From NCBI GenBank assembly GCA_963711565.1, contig CAVQEQ010000003.1, forward strand, positions 672,001 to 736,000: 64,000 nucleotides of DNA. The letters run 5' to 3'. Each line of letters opens with the position of its first letter. The first letter of the stretch is position 1. The notes beneath the pieces are model-generated. The model worked only from the letters and a program-made list of their open reading frames with translations, had not been told where the DNA came from and did no database searches. Made by a program: the position numbers and the translations under genes. Source of the DNA: an uncultured delta proteobacterium. GTDB lineage: Bacteria; Desulfobacterota; Binatia; Binatales; Binataceae. Shown here piece by piece: positions 46,830-56,368 of the stretch.

Positions 46830-47573
46830 ATGACCACTGCTTTAGAGATCGACGAAGGATTACTCGACGCGTTTATCGGTGATGGATCGATAACCAACGT
46901 CCTATACGTGGTGAGGAGCGGGAAAGAGGCTACTGTCTATTGCTGCCGCGGGGCGGACGCGTTCGGCGGCGGGCTCGTCGCGGCGAAACTTTACCGTCCG
47001 CTCGAACGGCGCAATTTTCGCAACGATGCGATCTACCAGACCGGCCGCGACGCGGTGCTCAGCAGCCGCACCAAACGCGCGCTGGCGAACAAGAGCCGTC
47101 ATGGGCGCGATGTGCAATACGGTACCTGGATCAACGCCGAATTTCAGACCATGCGGATGCTCCACGCGGCGGGCGCCGACGTGCCCGAGGTATTCTCGCG
47201 ATCGAATGGCGCAATGCTGATGGAATATTTCGGCGACGAGCAGGCCGCGGCGCCGATGCTCAATCGAGTCACGCTGCCGCGCGAGCAAGCGGAACAATTT
47301 CTGCGCCGGATTATCGACAACATCACGCTATGGCTCGCGAACCATCTCGTGCATGGCGACTTGTCGCCGTACAACCTGCTTTACTGGGAGGATCGAATCG
47401 TCGCGATCGACTTTCCGCAGGCGGTTGACCCACGGATCAATCCAAAGGCGAGGTTGTTGCTCGGCCGCGATCTGGAAAATGTATGCGCGCATTTCGCGAG
47501 ATACGGTATTCGCGCGGATGCGGAAAGGATCGCGAACGCATTGTGGGCGAACTATCAGACGGGAAGGCTGTAA
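46830..47573 (+). CDS. RIO1-family serine/threonine kinase
   Basis: SGKEATVY, AKLYR, LMEY, VHGDLSPYNLL, IDFPQAVD. Confidence 0.9.
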   Translation: MTTALEIDEGLLDAFIGDGSITNVLYVVRSGKEATVYCCRGADAFGGGLVAAKLYRPLERRNFRNDAIYQTGRDAVLSSRTKRALANKSRHGRDVQYGTWINAEFQTMRMLHAAGADVPEVFSRSNGAMLMEYFGDEQAAAPMLNRVTLPREQAEQFLRRIIDNITLWLANHLVHGDLSPYNLLYWEDRIVAIDFPQAVDPRINPKARLLLGRDLENVCAHFARYGIRADAERIANALWANYQTGRL

Positions 47574-47614
47574 GTTCGTCACGAGCTGCGATTAAATGAA
47601 CGCCAGGTTTAGAT

Positions 47615-48535
47615 ATGGCCAGGCAAATCGGGCCCGTTAAGGCCCGCATCGAATATACGGGAATCACCGCCGTCACCGCGGCGCTGCGGGCGATGCCGTT
47701 GGAACGCGCGGTGCGGGCGGGCGCGCGGCTGGGCGGATGGGCGATGAATTTCGATCGACCCAACCGGCCGATCGCGCTTAAAAATCTCGAGATCGCTTTC
47801 CCCGAGATGACCACGACGGCGCGCCTCAACATCCTGCGCAAGATGTATCGCAGTTGGGGCCGTGTGCTGGCCGAATGGACTCACTTGCCCGAGCTCAGCC
47901 GCGCAAACGTCGAGCAGGTCGCCACCTACGAGGGCAAGGAAAATTGGGACGAGGCTGAGCGGCGGTCTAACGGCCGCGGCCTGTTCGTGCTGACCGGCCA
48001 TTACGGAAATTTCGAGCTGATGCAGATTGCGCAATCGATTTACGGCTACCGCCTCGCCATCGTGCATCGCGCGCTGCGCAATCCGCTCATCGACGCCGCC
48101 ATCTCGACCCAGCGCGTCCGCTACGGCAACCGCATCATTGAGCGCAAGGCGGGCGGACGCGAGATGATGCGGATGCTGCGGCAGAACTGGATGATCGCGA
48201 TCGCGCTCGACCTCGACGTGCGCAAGGGCGTGTTCGTCGATTTCTTCGGGCTGCCGGCCTCGACCAGCGACGGTATCGCGCGGCTGTCGATCGCCACCGG
48301 CGCGCCTGTGATGCCGGTGTTCATGGTGCGCGAGGGCGACACGGTTCGGCACAAGATCAAAATCCTGCCCGCCTTCTATCCCGAGAAGCGGCGCGACCGC
48401 GAGGCCGCAGTGCGCGAGTACACGCAGCTCTATTCCAACACGCTCGAGCAGATGATCCGCGAGCATCCCGATCACTGGAACTGGATTCACCGGCGATGGA
48501 AAACGCGCCCGCCCGGCGAGTCGCGCTTCTACTAA
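47615..48535 (+). CDS. lpxL: Lipid A late acyltransferase (LpxL/HtrB family)
   Basis: NLEIAFPE, GHYGNFE, VDFFG, PDHWNWIHRRWKT. Confidence 0.85.
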   Translation: MARQIGPVKARIEYTGITAVTAALRAMPLERAVRAGARLGGWAMNFDRPNRPIALKNLEIAFPEMTTTARLNILRKMYRSWGRVLAEWTHLPELSRANVEQVATYEGKENWDEAERRSNGRGLFVLTGHYGNFELMQIAQSIYGYRLAIVHRALRNPLIDAAISTQRVRYGNRIIERKAGGREMMRMLRQNWMIAIALDLDVRKGVFVDFFGLPASTSDGIARLSIATGAPVMPVFMVREGDTVRHKIKILPAFYPEKRRDREAAVREYTQLYSNTLEQMIREHPDHWNWIHRRWKTRPPGESRFY

Positions 48536-48556
48536 AATCAAAGGATTGTGTCGGCA

Positions 48557-49489
48557 ATGCTCAAGGTGCGCGGACTCAGAAAATGCTTCGGCGAGCGAGT
48601 CGCTGTCGATGACGTGAGCTTCTCGATCGACGCGGGTGAAATCTACGGTCTGCTCGGACCCAACGGGGCTGGCAAGACCACCTCGATCTCGATGATTGCC
48701 GGAATTCTCGCGCGCGACGGGGGCGAGGTAACGATCGACGGCATCGATATCGACGCCGGGCCGCCCGCGCGGGCCATGATTGGTATCGTCCCGCAATCGA
48801 TCGCGCTGTACACCGATCTGACTGCGCGCGAGAACCTCAATTTCTGGGGACGGATGTACGATCTGAGCGGGGACCGGCTCCGTCTGGCTGTGGAAGACGC
48901 CCTTAACGCCGTGGGTTTGACGCCACGCGCCGACGAGATCGCGAGTACTTTCTCGGGGGGAATGCAGCGACGCCTGAACCTCGCCTGCGGAATTCTCCAT
49001 CAGCCGAAGCTTTTGGTACTCGACGAGCCGACCGTGGGGGTCAACCCGCAGAGCCGCAGTGCGATTTTCGATCTGGTAGAGCGCTTGCGTGATAGCGGAA
49101 CCGCAATTCTATACACCACCCACTATATGGAGGAGGCCGAACGCCTGTGTGCTCGGATTGGCATTATCGACGCAGGCAAAATCATCGTCGATGGTACTCG
49201 CGCGGAGTTGGTAGCCGGCCTCGGTCAGGACGCGCGGATCGAAATCGGCCTTGGTCGTGGCGAGGGGCTCACCCGTGCGGTCTCGGTGGTCGATCGGCTC
49301 GAAGGCGTACGTTCCGTGCAGACGCTGGATGACCACATCGTTGTGTTCGCGGACCACGGAGCGCATCGCCTGCCCGCGCTGTTGTCGGCGCTCCTCAACG
49401 CAGGCCTGGTCGCGGAGAGCATCAGAGTCGTCGAGCCTAATCTGGAAGACGTCTTCCTGCGCATGACCGGGCGGGCGCTAAGGGACTGA
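48557..49489 (+). CDS. ABC-2 type exporter ATP-binding protein
   Basis: GPNGAGKTT, FSGGMQRR, LDEPTVGV(N)PQSR, TTHYMEEAE. Confidence 0.93.
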   Translation: MLKVRGLRKCFGERVAVDDVSFSIDAGEIYGLLGPNGAGKTTSISMIAGILARDGGEVTIDGIDIDAGPPARAMIGIVPQSIALYTDLTARENLNFWGRMYDLSGDRLRLAVEDALNAVGLTPRADEIASTFSGGMQRRLNLACGILHQPKLLVLDEPTVGVNPQSRSAIFDLVERLRDSGTAILYTTHYMEEAERLCARIGIIDAGKIIVDGTRAELVAGLGQDARIEIGLGRGEGLTRAVSVVDRLEGVRSVQTLDDHIVVFADHGAHRLPALLSALLNAGLVAESIRVVEPNLEDVFLRMTGRALRD

Positions 49490-49495
49490 AGCATT

Positions 49496-50605
49496 ATGCA
49501 TCACGCGTGGCTGATCTGCCTGAAGGACCTGCGCCAGCGAATGCGCGATCGCACAGCCCTGATCGTCGCAGTCGTCGCACCGCTGGCGCTGACGGCGCTG
49601 GTCGGGATGGCGCTGTCGGGTTCGCAAGGCATTAGCATGCGGCTGGGAATCGCGGACCTCGACGGCTCCGCGCTCTCGCATGCGCTGGTCGCCTTTGTTC
49701 AACGTCCATGGCTCAAAGGAATAATCGAGGTGCGGCAGATTGCTTCGCGGACGGCGGCTCAAGCCGCGGTCGAGCGCCGCGAGGTCGATTGTGCGGTCGT
49801 CATCGATCGGGGTTTCGCCGATGCAGCGAGCGACGACAAGTCCAAATCGATCGAAATTCTTGGCTCTGGAAGCGCACAGTTCGCGGTGCAGGGGACGCGC
49901 GCACTCGTTCAGGATTTCGTTCAGCGCGTTGCCTCCAAACGAGTTGATCAGCTCCCCATCGCCTCGGTGACGCCGCTCTCCCCCGGCGGCTCACTCAGAA
50001 TGATCGACTTCTTCGCCGCGTCGATGACCGTGCTGTTTCTGACTTTTGCCGTACTGTCCGGCGTGCGAGCACTGCAATCGGAGGTTGACAGCCGGACTAT
50101 CTTGCGGCTGATGGCATCGCCCACCGAAGCGACCGCAATACTGGCCGGAAAGTTTGCGGCGCTTCTGCTCATCGGGCTGACCCAGATGAGCGTGATGATC
50201 GCGGCGACATCCATTCTGTTCGGCACCAAATGGGGCAATCCACTTCCGGTTGCCGCGCTGGTTGCGACCAGTGTGCTGATGGCGATCGGCCTGACCGCCT
50301 TCCTCATGAGCCTTGCGAAGAACGCGGAACAGGGAACCGCGTTGGCTGCGATCGTGATCTCCCTGCTCTCGGTCGTGGGCGGCCAGTTTCTTCCACCGCA
50401 GGGGCTTCCGGATGTATTTGAAACTCTCGCCCGCCTGACCCCAAACGGCCAGGCGTTCTATGGCTTCGTCGATCTGTCCGCGGCCGGGAGCAACGGCAGC
50501 ATCGCAACCATCATGCAACCATTGCTGTTCACCCTGGTCGTTGGCGTAGCCGGTATCGCATTCGCCACGTTCAGGGCGCGCGCGGCATTGCAGCGGATAA
50601 CTTAA
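49496..50605 (+). CDS. ABC-2 type exporter permease
   Basis: KDLRQ..RDR start, extracytoplasmic loop, multi-TM C-terminal half. Confidence 0.87.
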   Translation: MHHAWLICLKDLRQRMRDRTALIVAVVAPLALTALVGMALSGSQGISMRLGIADLDGSALSHALVAFVQRPWLKGIIEVRQIASRTAAQAAVERREVDCAVVIDRGFADAASDDKSKSIEILGSGSAQFAVQGTRALVQDFVQRVASKRVDQLPIASVTPLSPGGSLRMIDFFAASMTVLFLTFAVLSGVRALQSEVDSRTILRLMASPTEATAILAGKFAALLLIGLTQMSVMIAATSILFGTKWGNPLPVAALVATSVLMAIGLTAFLMSLAKNAEQGTALAAIVISLLSVVGGQFLPPQGLPDVFETLARLTPNGQAFYGFVDLSAAGSNGSIATIMQPLLFTLVVGVAGIAFATFRARAALQRIT

Positions 50606-50606
50606 A

Positions 50607-51686
50607 ATGCGGATGGGATTAAATATTCTTGCGGCTGCATCCGCGGCTAATGGCGCCAGCGTCGGACGAGACCAGCGCAGGCTTGGCGTGCTGTTTCTCC
50701 TGCCAGTCGCCATTATGGCGATCATTGGAATTGCGATGGGCGGCTACAGCGAACCATCGTTGGTGGTGGGCGTCCTCGATCGCGCCGACACCGGCGCCAG
50801 CCGCGATCTCATCTCCGCAATTGCCAATCAGCACATGCGTGTTCACAGGTACACCGATCAGCAGAAAATGCGCATCGCGGTCTTCCGTGGCCGGCTCAAT
50901 GCGGGGGTGATTATTCCGTCTGGTTGGCGCGGCGTCGGCGATCTCGACGTTTATCTTTCCCAAGCGAGCGCTGGTTCGCCCATCATCCGGGCGGCGATCG
51001 ATGCTGACCTGAGCCGCCTCGCCATCCGGGCAAAACCCTTGGCGATACCGGTTCAGTATCCAGGCGGCGGCGGGGAGGAAGCACTGCCGCTCGGATTTCA
51101 ATATACAGCGCCCGCGAACCTCGTGCTGTTCGTGATGATCAACGGCCTGGTTTCGTCGCTTGCGATAATGCGGCTGCGCAGCAGCGGACTCTCGCAGCGA
51201 TTGCTCGCCACGCCGGCACGAACCTGGGAGCTGTTCGCGATGCTCACCGTCGGTCCGTTTCAGCAGATGCTTGTGCAATCGCTTTTTCTGATCTTCAGCG
51301 CCCGCTGGTTTTTCGGCGTCCATTGGGGAGATTCGATCGGAGTGTTTCTCCTTACGACTGCGGTGATCTGTTTCGGCGTATCGCTGGTCTTCTTGATGGG
51401 GACTATTTTTCGTTCCCCCGAACAGCCCACTTCCCTCGGCCCATGGATCGGCGTGTTCCTGGGCATGTTGGGCGGATGCATGTGGCCACTGGACGTTGTG
51501 CCACCGTTCATGAAGAGCCTCGCATATCTTTCGCCGGCCGCATGGGCGATGCATGGCTACCTGGCGCTCATCTTCAGCCACGCCTCCGCTGTCGCAATCC
51601 TGCCCGACGTGGCAGCGATGTTACTGTTCGCCATAGCCTTCTCGGCTCTCGGCATCCTCCGGCTTCGTCCCCAGCTTTCGAGATGA
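50607..51686 (+). CDS. ABC-2 type exporter permease
   Basis: RLLATP, LGGCMWPL..VP, second permease of an ATPase plus two-permease set. Confidence 0.87.
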   Translation: MRMGLNILAAASAANGASVGRDQRRLGVLFLLPVAIMAIIGIAMGGYSEPSLVVGVLDRADTGASRDLISAIANQHMRVHRYTDQQKMRIAVFRGRLNAGVIIPSGWRGVGDLDVYLSQASAGSPIIRAAIDADLSRLAIRAKPLAIPVQYPGGGGEEALPLGFQYTAPANLVLFVMINGLVSSLAIMRLRSSGLSQRLLATPARTWELFAMLTVGPFQQMLVQSLFLIFSARWFFGVHWGDSIGVFLLTTAVICFGVSLVFLMGTIFRSPEQPTSLGPWIGVFLGMLGGCMWPLDVVPPFMKSLAYLSPAAWAMHGYLALIFSHASAVAILPDVAAMLLFAIAFSALGILRLRPQLSR

Positions 51687-51708
51687 CATTCGAAACTGCG
51701 CTGATATC

Positions 51709-52485
51709 TCAAACGGGAAATAGCTTTGGCGGCGAGGAGGCGAATTCGGCCTTGAGGGCGTCGTAGCTTTTCAGATCGTCCATCGTGCGGAAGTAGCCGG
51801 TGTGGACGTAGCCGAACACCGATTGCGCTCTGGCTACCATCGGAGCGAACAGTCCCTCCATCAAGCTCCACCGCGTCGCCGGCGGAATCAGGTCGAGGAT
51901 TGCGGACTCGGCGACAATCACGCCGCAATACATGAATGGCGAAAGTGACGCGGCGACGGCGTCGTCGAGAGCAGGCGGATAGTCGTCGTATCGGAGCGGG
52001 TCGCGGCTCGCCAGCAGGCGCATCCGGCGAAGTCTTTTGGCGGCATCTATTTCGATGCGGCTGTAGTAATCGAGATTCGCGGGATGGTACAGCGCGATGG
52101 TGGCGAGTGCCGCGCGCTCGCGATGAAACGCGATCATCGCGCTGAGATCGAGATCGAGGATCGTATCGCTGTTGGCGATTACGAACGTGTCGCCGCCGAG
52201 AAAATCGCGCAGGCCGCCGAGCGGACCGCCGGTGCCGAGCAAAACCGGCTCGGGCGCGTACGTGATGCGAAGTCCGAGCGCGGAACCGTCGCCGAGTCCG
52301 CGTTGCACTACCGCGGCCAGGTGATGGACGTTGATTGCGACCTCGGTGATGCCTGCGCTACGCAGCATCGCGAGCGGATAGTGGATCAGCGGATGACCAC
52401 CGAGCTCGAGCATCGGCTTGGGCGTCACGTCAGTCAGCGGACGAAGCCGCTCGCCCATTCCGGCCGCAAGTACCAGGGCCTTCAT
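51709..52485 (-). CDS. Sugar-phosphate nucleotidyltransferase, MurU-like
   Basis: MKALVLAAGMGERLRPLT..PKP, LGTGG, ANSD; coupled to the AmgK-like kinase. Confidence 0.85.
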   Translation of the reverse strand: MKALVLAAGMGERLRPLTDVTPKPMLELGGHPLIHYPLAMLRSAGITEVAINVHHLAAVVQRGLGDGSALGLRITYAPEPVLLGTGGPLGGLRDFLGGDTFVIANSDTILDLDLSAMIAFHRERAALATIALYHPANLDYYSRIEIDAAKRLRRMRLLASRDPLRYDDYPPALDDAVAASLSPFMYCGVIVAESAILDLIPPATRWSLMEGLFAPMVARAQSVFGYVHTGYFRTMDDLKSYDALKAEFASSPPKLFPV

Positions 52486-53537
52486 TGCATCAACGCGGCG
52501 CTGAGTTTGGGGAAGTCGGTGCGCATCTCAGCGAGCATCCGGCGCGCTTGCGCGAGCACGTTCGGGATATAGCGACGGTATCCGGTCTTGCCGATCCGCT
52601 CGAAGTTTTCGAAGCGTCCGATCATTTTGAGCGCGTGCTGCAAAACGCACAGGCGATAGCTGGTCATGAAGTCAGCCGGGTCCAGCATCGGCGCGCCGCG
52701 ACGTGCGAGGCCGGCGCAGTAGAAGTCGAGGATGCGGCGCTCGATTGCCGGCGTAATGACTTCATCGGTATCGCGCGTCGTCAGGAGCACGGCGAGGTCC
52801 TGCGCCGCCGGCGCCATCAGCGCATCCTGAAAATCTATGATGCGAATTCGCGGACCGTCCTGGATGAACAGGTTTTCGCGATGGTAGTCGCGATGCGACA
52901 ACACGCGCGGGAAGCGATCGAGTCGCGCGGCTAGCGTCGCGATCTCGGGCGCAATGGTCAAGAAATCGGCGCCTGGTGCGACGGCGGCGAGGCCGACTTC
53001 CCCAAATTCCTTCAGCTCCCATTCGAACAGCCGTCCGCTGTAGGCAATCTCGTGCGCGATACATCGAGAGTCGATTCGAGCGGTGCCGTCAACGTGGATT
53101 CGGAGTAGTTCGGTGACGGCCAGGCGAAAGAGATCCGCAGCATCGGCACCGGGACGACGGACGGCGTCGAGGAGTGAGAGTTCACCGACGTCTTCGACCA
53201 GCATCGCGCGCCGGGCCGGGTCAGCGTCGTAAAGCGCGGGAACCGGAGAGCCGATCGATTCGAGGAAGCGATGCACGCCTAGCCACGGCGGCTCGGCGAT
53301 GGGCGACTGTAGAAGATTGAGGGCGCGGACGTAGCGCGGCAGGTCGTCGGGGCCGAGATCGACGAGGATGGCGGTGGCGGGTGCGGCCGTTTCGTGGTGC
53401 GTCGCGATCGCGACGCGCCAGAAACGGCGGGTCGAGAGATCGCCGCGAAGCGCGGCGATCTCCGCGAGCCGCGCGCGCGGCCATCGCCGCGCGATGGCCG
53501 TCGATGCCCATGCCTGGAACGCGCCGCTGTCATCCAT
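52482..53537 (-). CDS. APH-family phosphotransferase, AmgK-like anomeric MurNAc/GlcNAc kinase
   Basis: GDLSTRRFWR, HRDYHRENL, IIDFQDA, LQHALKMIGRF, GK.GY..YIP. Confidence 0.85.
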   Translation of the reverse strand: MDDSGAFQAWASTAIARRWPRARLAEIAALRGDLSTRRFWRVAIATHHETAAPATAILVDLGPDDLPRYVRALNLLQSPIAEPPWLGVHRFLESIGSPVPALYDADPARRAMLVEDVGELSLLDAVRRPGADAADLFRLAVTELLRIHVDGTARIDSRCIAHEIAYSGRLFEWELKEFGEVGLAAVAPGADFLTIAPEIATLAARLDRFPRVLSHRDYHRENLFIQDGPRIRIIDFQDALMAPAAQDLAVLLTTRDTDEVITPAIERRILDFYCAGLARRGAPMLDPADFMTSYRLCVLQHALKMIGRFENFERIGKTGYRRYIPNVLAQARRMLAEMRTDFPKLSAALMQ

Positions 53538-53688
53538 CGAAGATGGATTCTAGCGGCGCGCGGCATGCTCGCGCGAGTATCACTCGCGCAACTTCTCTTC
53601 GCTGTATGTACTCGTGTCGATCGTTCCCAAAGAACCGCTTATAGGGTATTCATATGAAGATTAGAGGCAATTGTAGAGCGTCCCGAGA

Positions 53689-54042
53689 ATGACTACCTGG
53701 TTTCCCGTCGCTGTGACCCTGCTCGTCGCCGGCTTGATCGTCGGCGTCATGTGCACGATCAACATGATGATCGGGCCGACGCGTCCCAGCGAAATCAAGA
53801 GTGAAGCCTTCGAATGCGGCAATCCGCCGAGCGGCTCGGCGTGGGGGCGCTTCTCGGTGCGCTTCTACCTGACGGCGATCCTTTTTCTGCTGTTCAACGT
53901 CGAGGTGATTTTCCTGTACCCGTGGGCCGTGGAGCTGCGCTACCTCGGGATGTTCGGTTTCGTCGAGGCGCTCATCTTCATCGCGATTCTCGCCGTCGGG
54001 CTGCTGTACGCATGGCAGCGCGGCGCGCTCGACTGGGATTAG
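53689..54042 (+). CDS. nuoA: NADH-quinone oxidoreductase subunit A
   Basis: FECG, RFYLTAILFLLF(N)VE..FLYPWAV, GALDWD. Confidence 0.95.
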   Translation: MTTWFPVAVTLLVAGLIVGVMCTINMMIGPTRPSEIKSEAFECGNPPSGSAWGRFSVRFYLTAILFLLFNVEVIFLYPWAVELRYLGMFGFVEALIFIAILAVGLLYAWQRGALDWD

Positions 54043-54048
54043 CAATCG

Positions 54049-54549
54049 ATGTTGATAGAAACCATCAAAGCGCGCTTCGGCGCGCAGATTCTTACCGCGC
54101 AAAACGAACGCGACGAGGAGACTTTCACAATCGAGCGCGAACGCGCGTACGATTTTTTCCGCGCGATCCGCGACGAGCCCGATTTCCAATTTAATTTTCT
54201 GACCGACGTGACCGCCGTCGATTGGCTCGAGCGCAAGCCGCGCTACAACGTCGTCTATCAACTGAACTCGCTCAATCTCGCCCATCGCATCCGCGTGAAG
54301 ATCGGCGTCGATGGCCCCGAGCCGTGGGTCAATAGCGTCGTCGGCATCTGGGGCGCGGCAGACTGGCTCGAGCGCGAATGCTTCGACATGTTCGGCATCG
54401 ACTTCAAGGGCCATCCAGATTTGCGGCGCATCCTGATGTACGATTCGTTCGAGGGCCATCCGCTGCGCAAGGACTACCTCTACAACAAACGCCAACCGAT
54501 CGTCGCGGAGATCGACCCGGTCGTGAATCCGATTAGATCCTCGCGCTGA
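54049..54549 (+). CDS. nuoC: NADH-quinone oxidoreductase subunit C
   Basis: WLERECFDMFGI.F.GHPDLRRILM...GHPLRKDY. Confidence 0.95.
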   Translation: MLIETIKARFGAQILTAQNERDEETFTIERERAYDFFRAIRDEPDFQFNFLTDVTAVDWLERKPRYNVVYQLNSLNLAHRIRVKIGVDGPEPWVNSVVGIWGAADWLERECFDMFGIDFKGHPDLRRILMYDSFEGHPLRKDYLYNKRQPIVAEIDPVVNPIRSSR

Positions 54550-54570
54550 CGACACGACGCGACACAAGCC

Positions 54571-55786
54571 ATGTCACTGCCCGTCCGCTGGAAAGATAAA
54601 ATCGTGCCGTCGGATCCGTCCGACGAGATCATGGAACTCCAGATGGGGCCATCGCACCCGGCGTCCCACGGCACCATCAAGTTCAACCTCAAGCTCGACG
54701 GCGAGCGCATCGTCGATTGCAACGTCGAGGTCGGCTTCCTGCATCGCGGCTTCGAAAAGATGTGCGAGCAGGGAACCTGGACGCAATGCTTCCCCTACAC
54801 TGACCGGCTGAATTACGCGTCGCCATGCATCAACAACGTCGGCTTTGCGCTCGCCGTCGAGCGCCTGCTCGGCATCGACACGACCGAGCGCTGCAAGTAC
54901 GTGCGCCTGATCATGAGCGAAGTCTCGCGCATCGCGGACCACCTGACGTGCCTCGGGATGGCGTCGAGCGAAGTCGGTGCGACGACGGTCGCGTTCTACA
55001 TGCTCGAGGCGCGCGAGTTTCTCTACGACTTGATCGAGGCGGTCACCGGCGCGCGGCTCACCGTCACATGGTGCCGCGTCGGCGGCATGACGCATGACCT
55101 GCCCGCTGATTTTCCGGATCGGATGAAGGCTTCGTTTGCGCGGCTCGACCAGGTTCTCAGCGATTGCGACAAGCTGCTCTCGCGCAACCGCGTGTTCATC
55201 GACCGGATGGCGAACGTCGGGAAATTTCCGAAGGAAGAGGCGATCTCGTACGGATTGACGGGGCCTCTCCTGCGCGCGACCGGCGTTTCGTACGACGTTC
55301 CGCAAAGCGCATCCGTACCTGGTGTACGACCGGATAGAGTTCGAGGTGCCGGTGGGCGATCGTGGCGACAACTACGATCGTTTCAACGTGCGCTTCCAGG
55401 AGATGTACCAGTCCAAGCGCATCATCGAGCAGGCGCTCGCGGCGTTGCCCGAAGGGCCAGTCACGATCACCGATCCCAAAGTCGTGCTGCCCGAAAAAGA
55501 GAAGGTGTACAACTCGATCGAAGGCCTGATGAACCACTTCAAGCTGATCATGGAGGGCATCCATGTGCCCGCCGGCGAGGTTTACCAGGCGGTCGAAGGG
55601 GCCAACGGCGAATTGGGATTCTACATCGTGAGCGACGGCAGCGGCCGGCCATATCGCGTGCGGGTGCGGCCGCCGTGCTTTCTCGGCATGGGCGCGCTCA
55701 ACAAGATGCTGATAGGGCGCATGATCCCGGACATCATCACGACCTTCGGCATGATCAACATGATCGGCGGCGAGTGCGACCGCTAG
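54571..55786 (+). CDS. nuoD: NADH-quinone oxidoreductase subunit D, +1 frameshift near 55298 (likely sequence error)
   Basis: MGPSHPASHG, GFLHRGFEK, DRLNY in the first frame; GELG, RVRPP, GECDR in the second; deleting one base restores YDVRKAHPY. Confidence 0.92.
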
Positions 55787-55825
55787 CGGCGCGTTTCCTG
55801 CTCGCCGCCAAACGGTAGCAGCAGT

Positions 55826-56359
55826 TTATGTTTCGCATTTGCAAGGTCCGTCCGGGCCGACGACGACGTGACACCTATCTGCGCGTGCATGTTCGATCGC
55901 CACCCGTGCCATCGCGCCTGTTAGCTTCTTCGGTTCGCGATTCGCTTGCAATAAAACACGCGCAAGTCTCTCCGACTTCCCGCGTTCGTCAATCCGTGCG
56001 TTCCAGTGTCGATCATTCGCTCGTGTGCAAGCTGTTTCTGCGGTTGCTTTGTCAACCTGGATTTCATGCAATTCGGCGGTTTTAATCTCGATATAGAAAA
56101 TATCCTCGTCGAGTTTACTTCTGGTCGAGTTGATCGCCAGACTCACGCGCTCGATGTCAGTCGAGTTTTCGACATGAAACAAACTGAACGTAAGATCGTC
56201 ATCTAGCGAAAAGACTACTTCGGCGATTTTCTTAATTCGATCTTCTTCGGATTGGGCTTCCGGAAACCAAGCACCTCGCCGCGGAATCTTGCGAACGTAG
56301 CAGGGAGGGGTAAATCCCCACCTTTTGCAAATATCGGAATCCGCCTCCCCACATTTCAT
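55826..56359 (-). CDS. Putative ADP-ribosyltransferase-fold toxin (CmdT-like)
   Basis: YVRKI..R..W, TFSLF, ERV..A....R, T....AN..H pattern, recalled from CmdT-type toxins. Confidence 0.55.
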   Translation of the reverse strand: MKCGEADSDICKRWGFTPPCYVRKIPRRGAWFPEAQSEEDRIKKIAEVVFSLDDDLTFSLFHVENSTDIERVSLAINSTRSKLDEDIFYIEIKTAELHEIQVDKATAETACTRANDRHWNARIDERGKSERLARVLLQANREPKKLTGAMARVAIEHARADRCHVVVGPDGPCKCET

Positions 56360-56368
56360 TGTTCAACG

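Noticed and set aside
55291-55325. Programmed frameshift in nuoD
   Set aside because: There is no slippery sequence; a single extra base in a GACGTC context is better explained as an error
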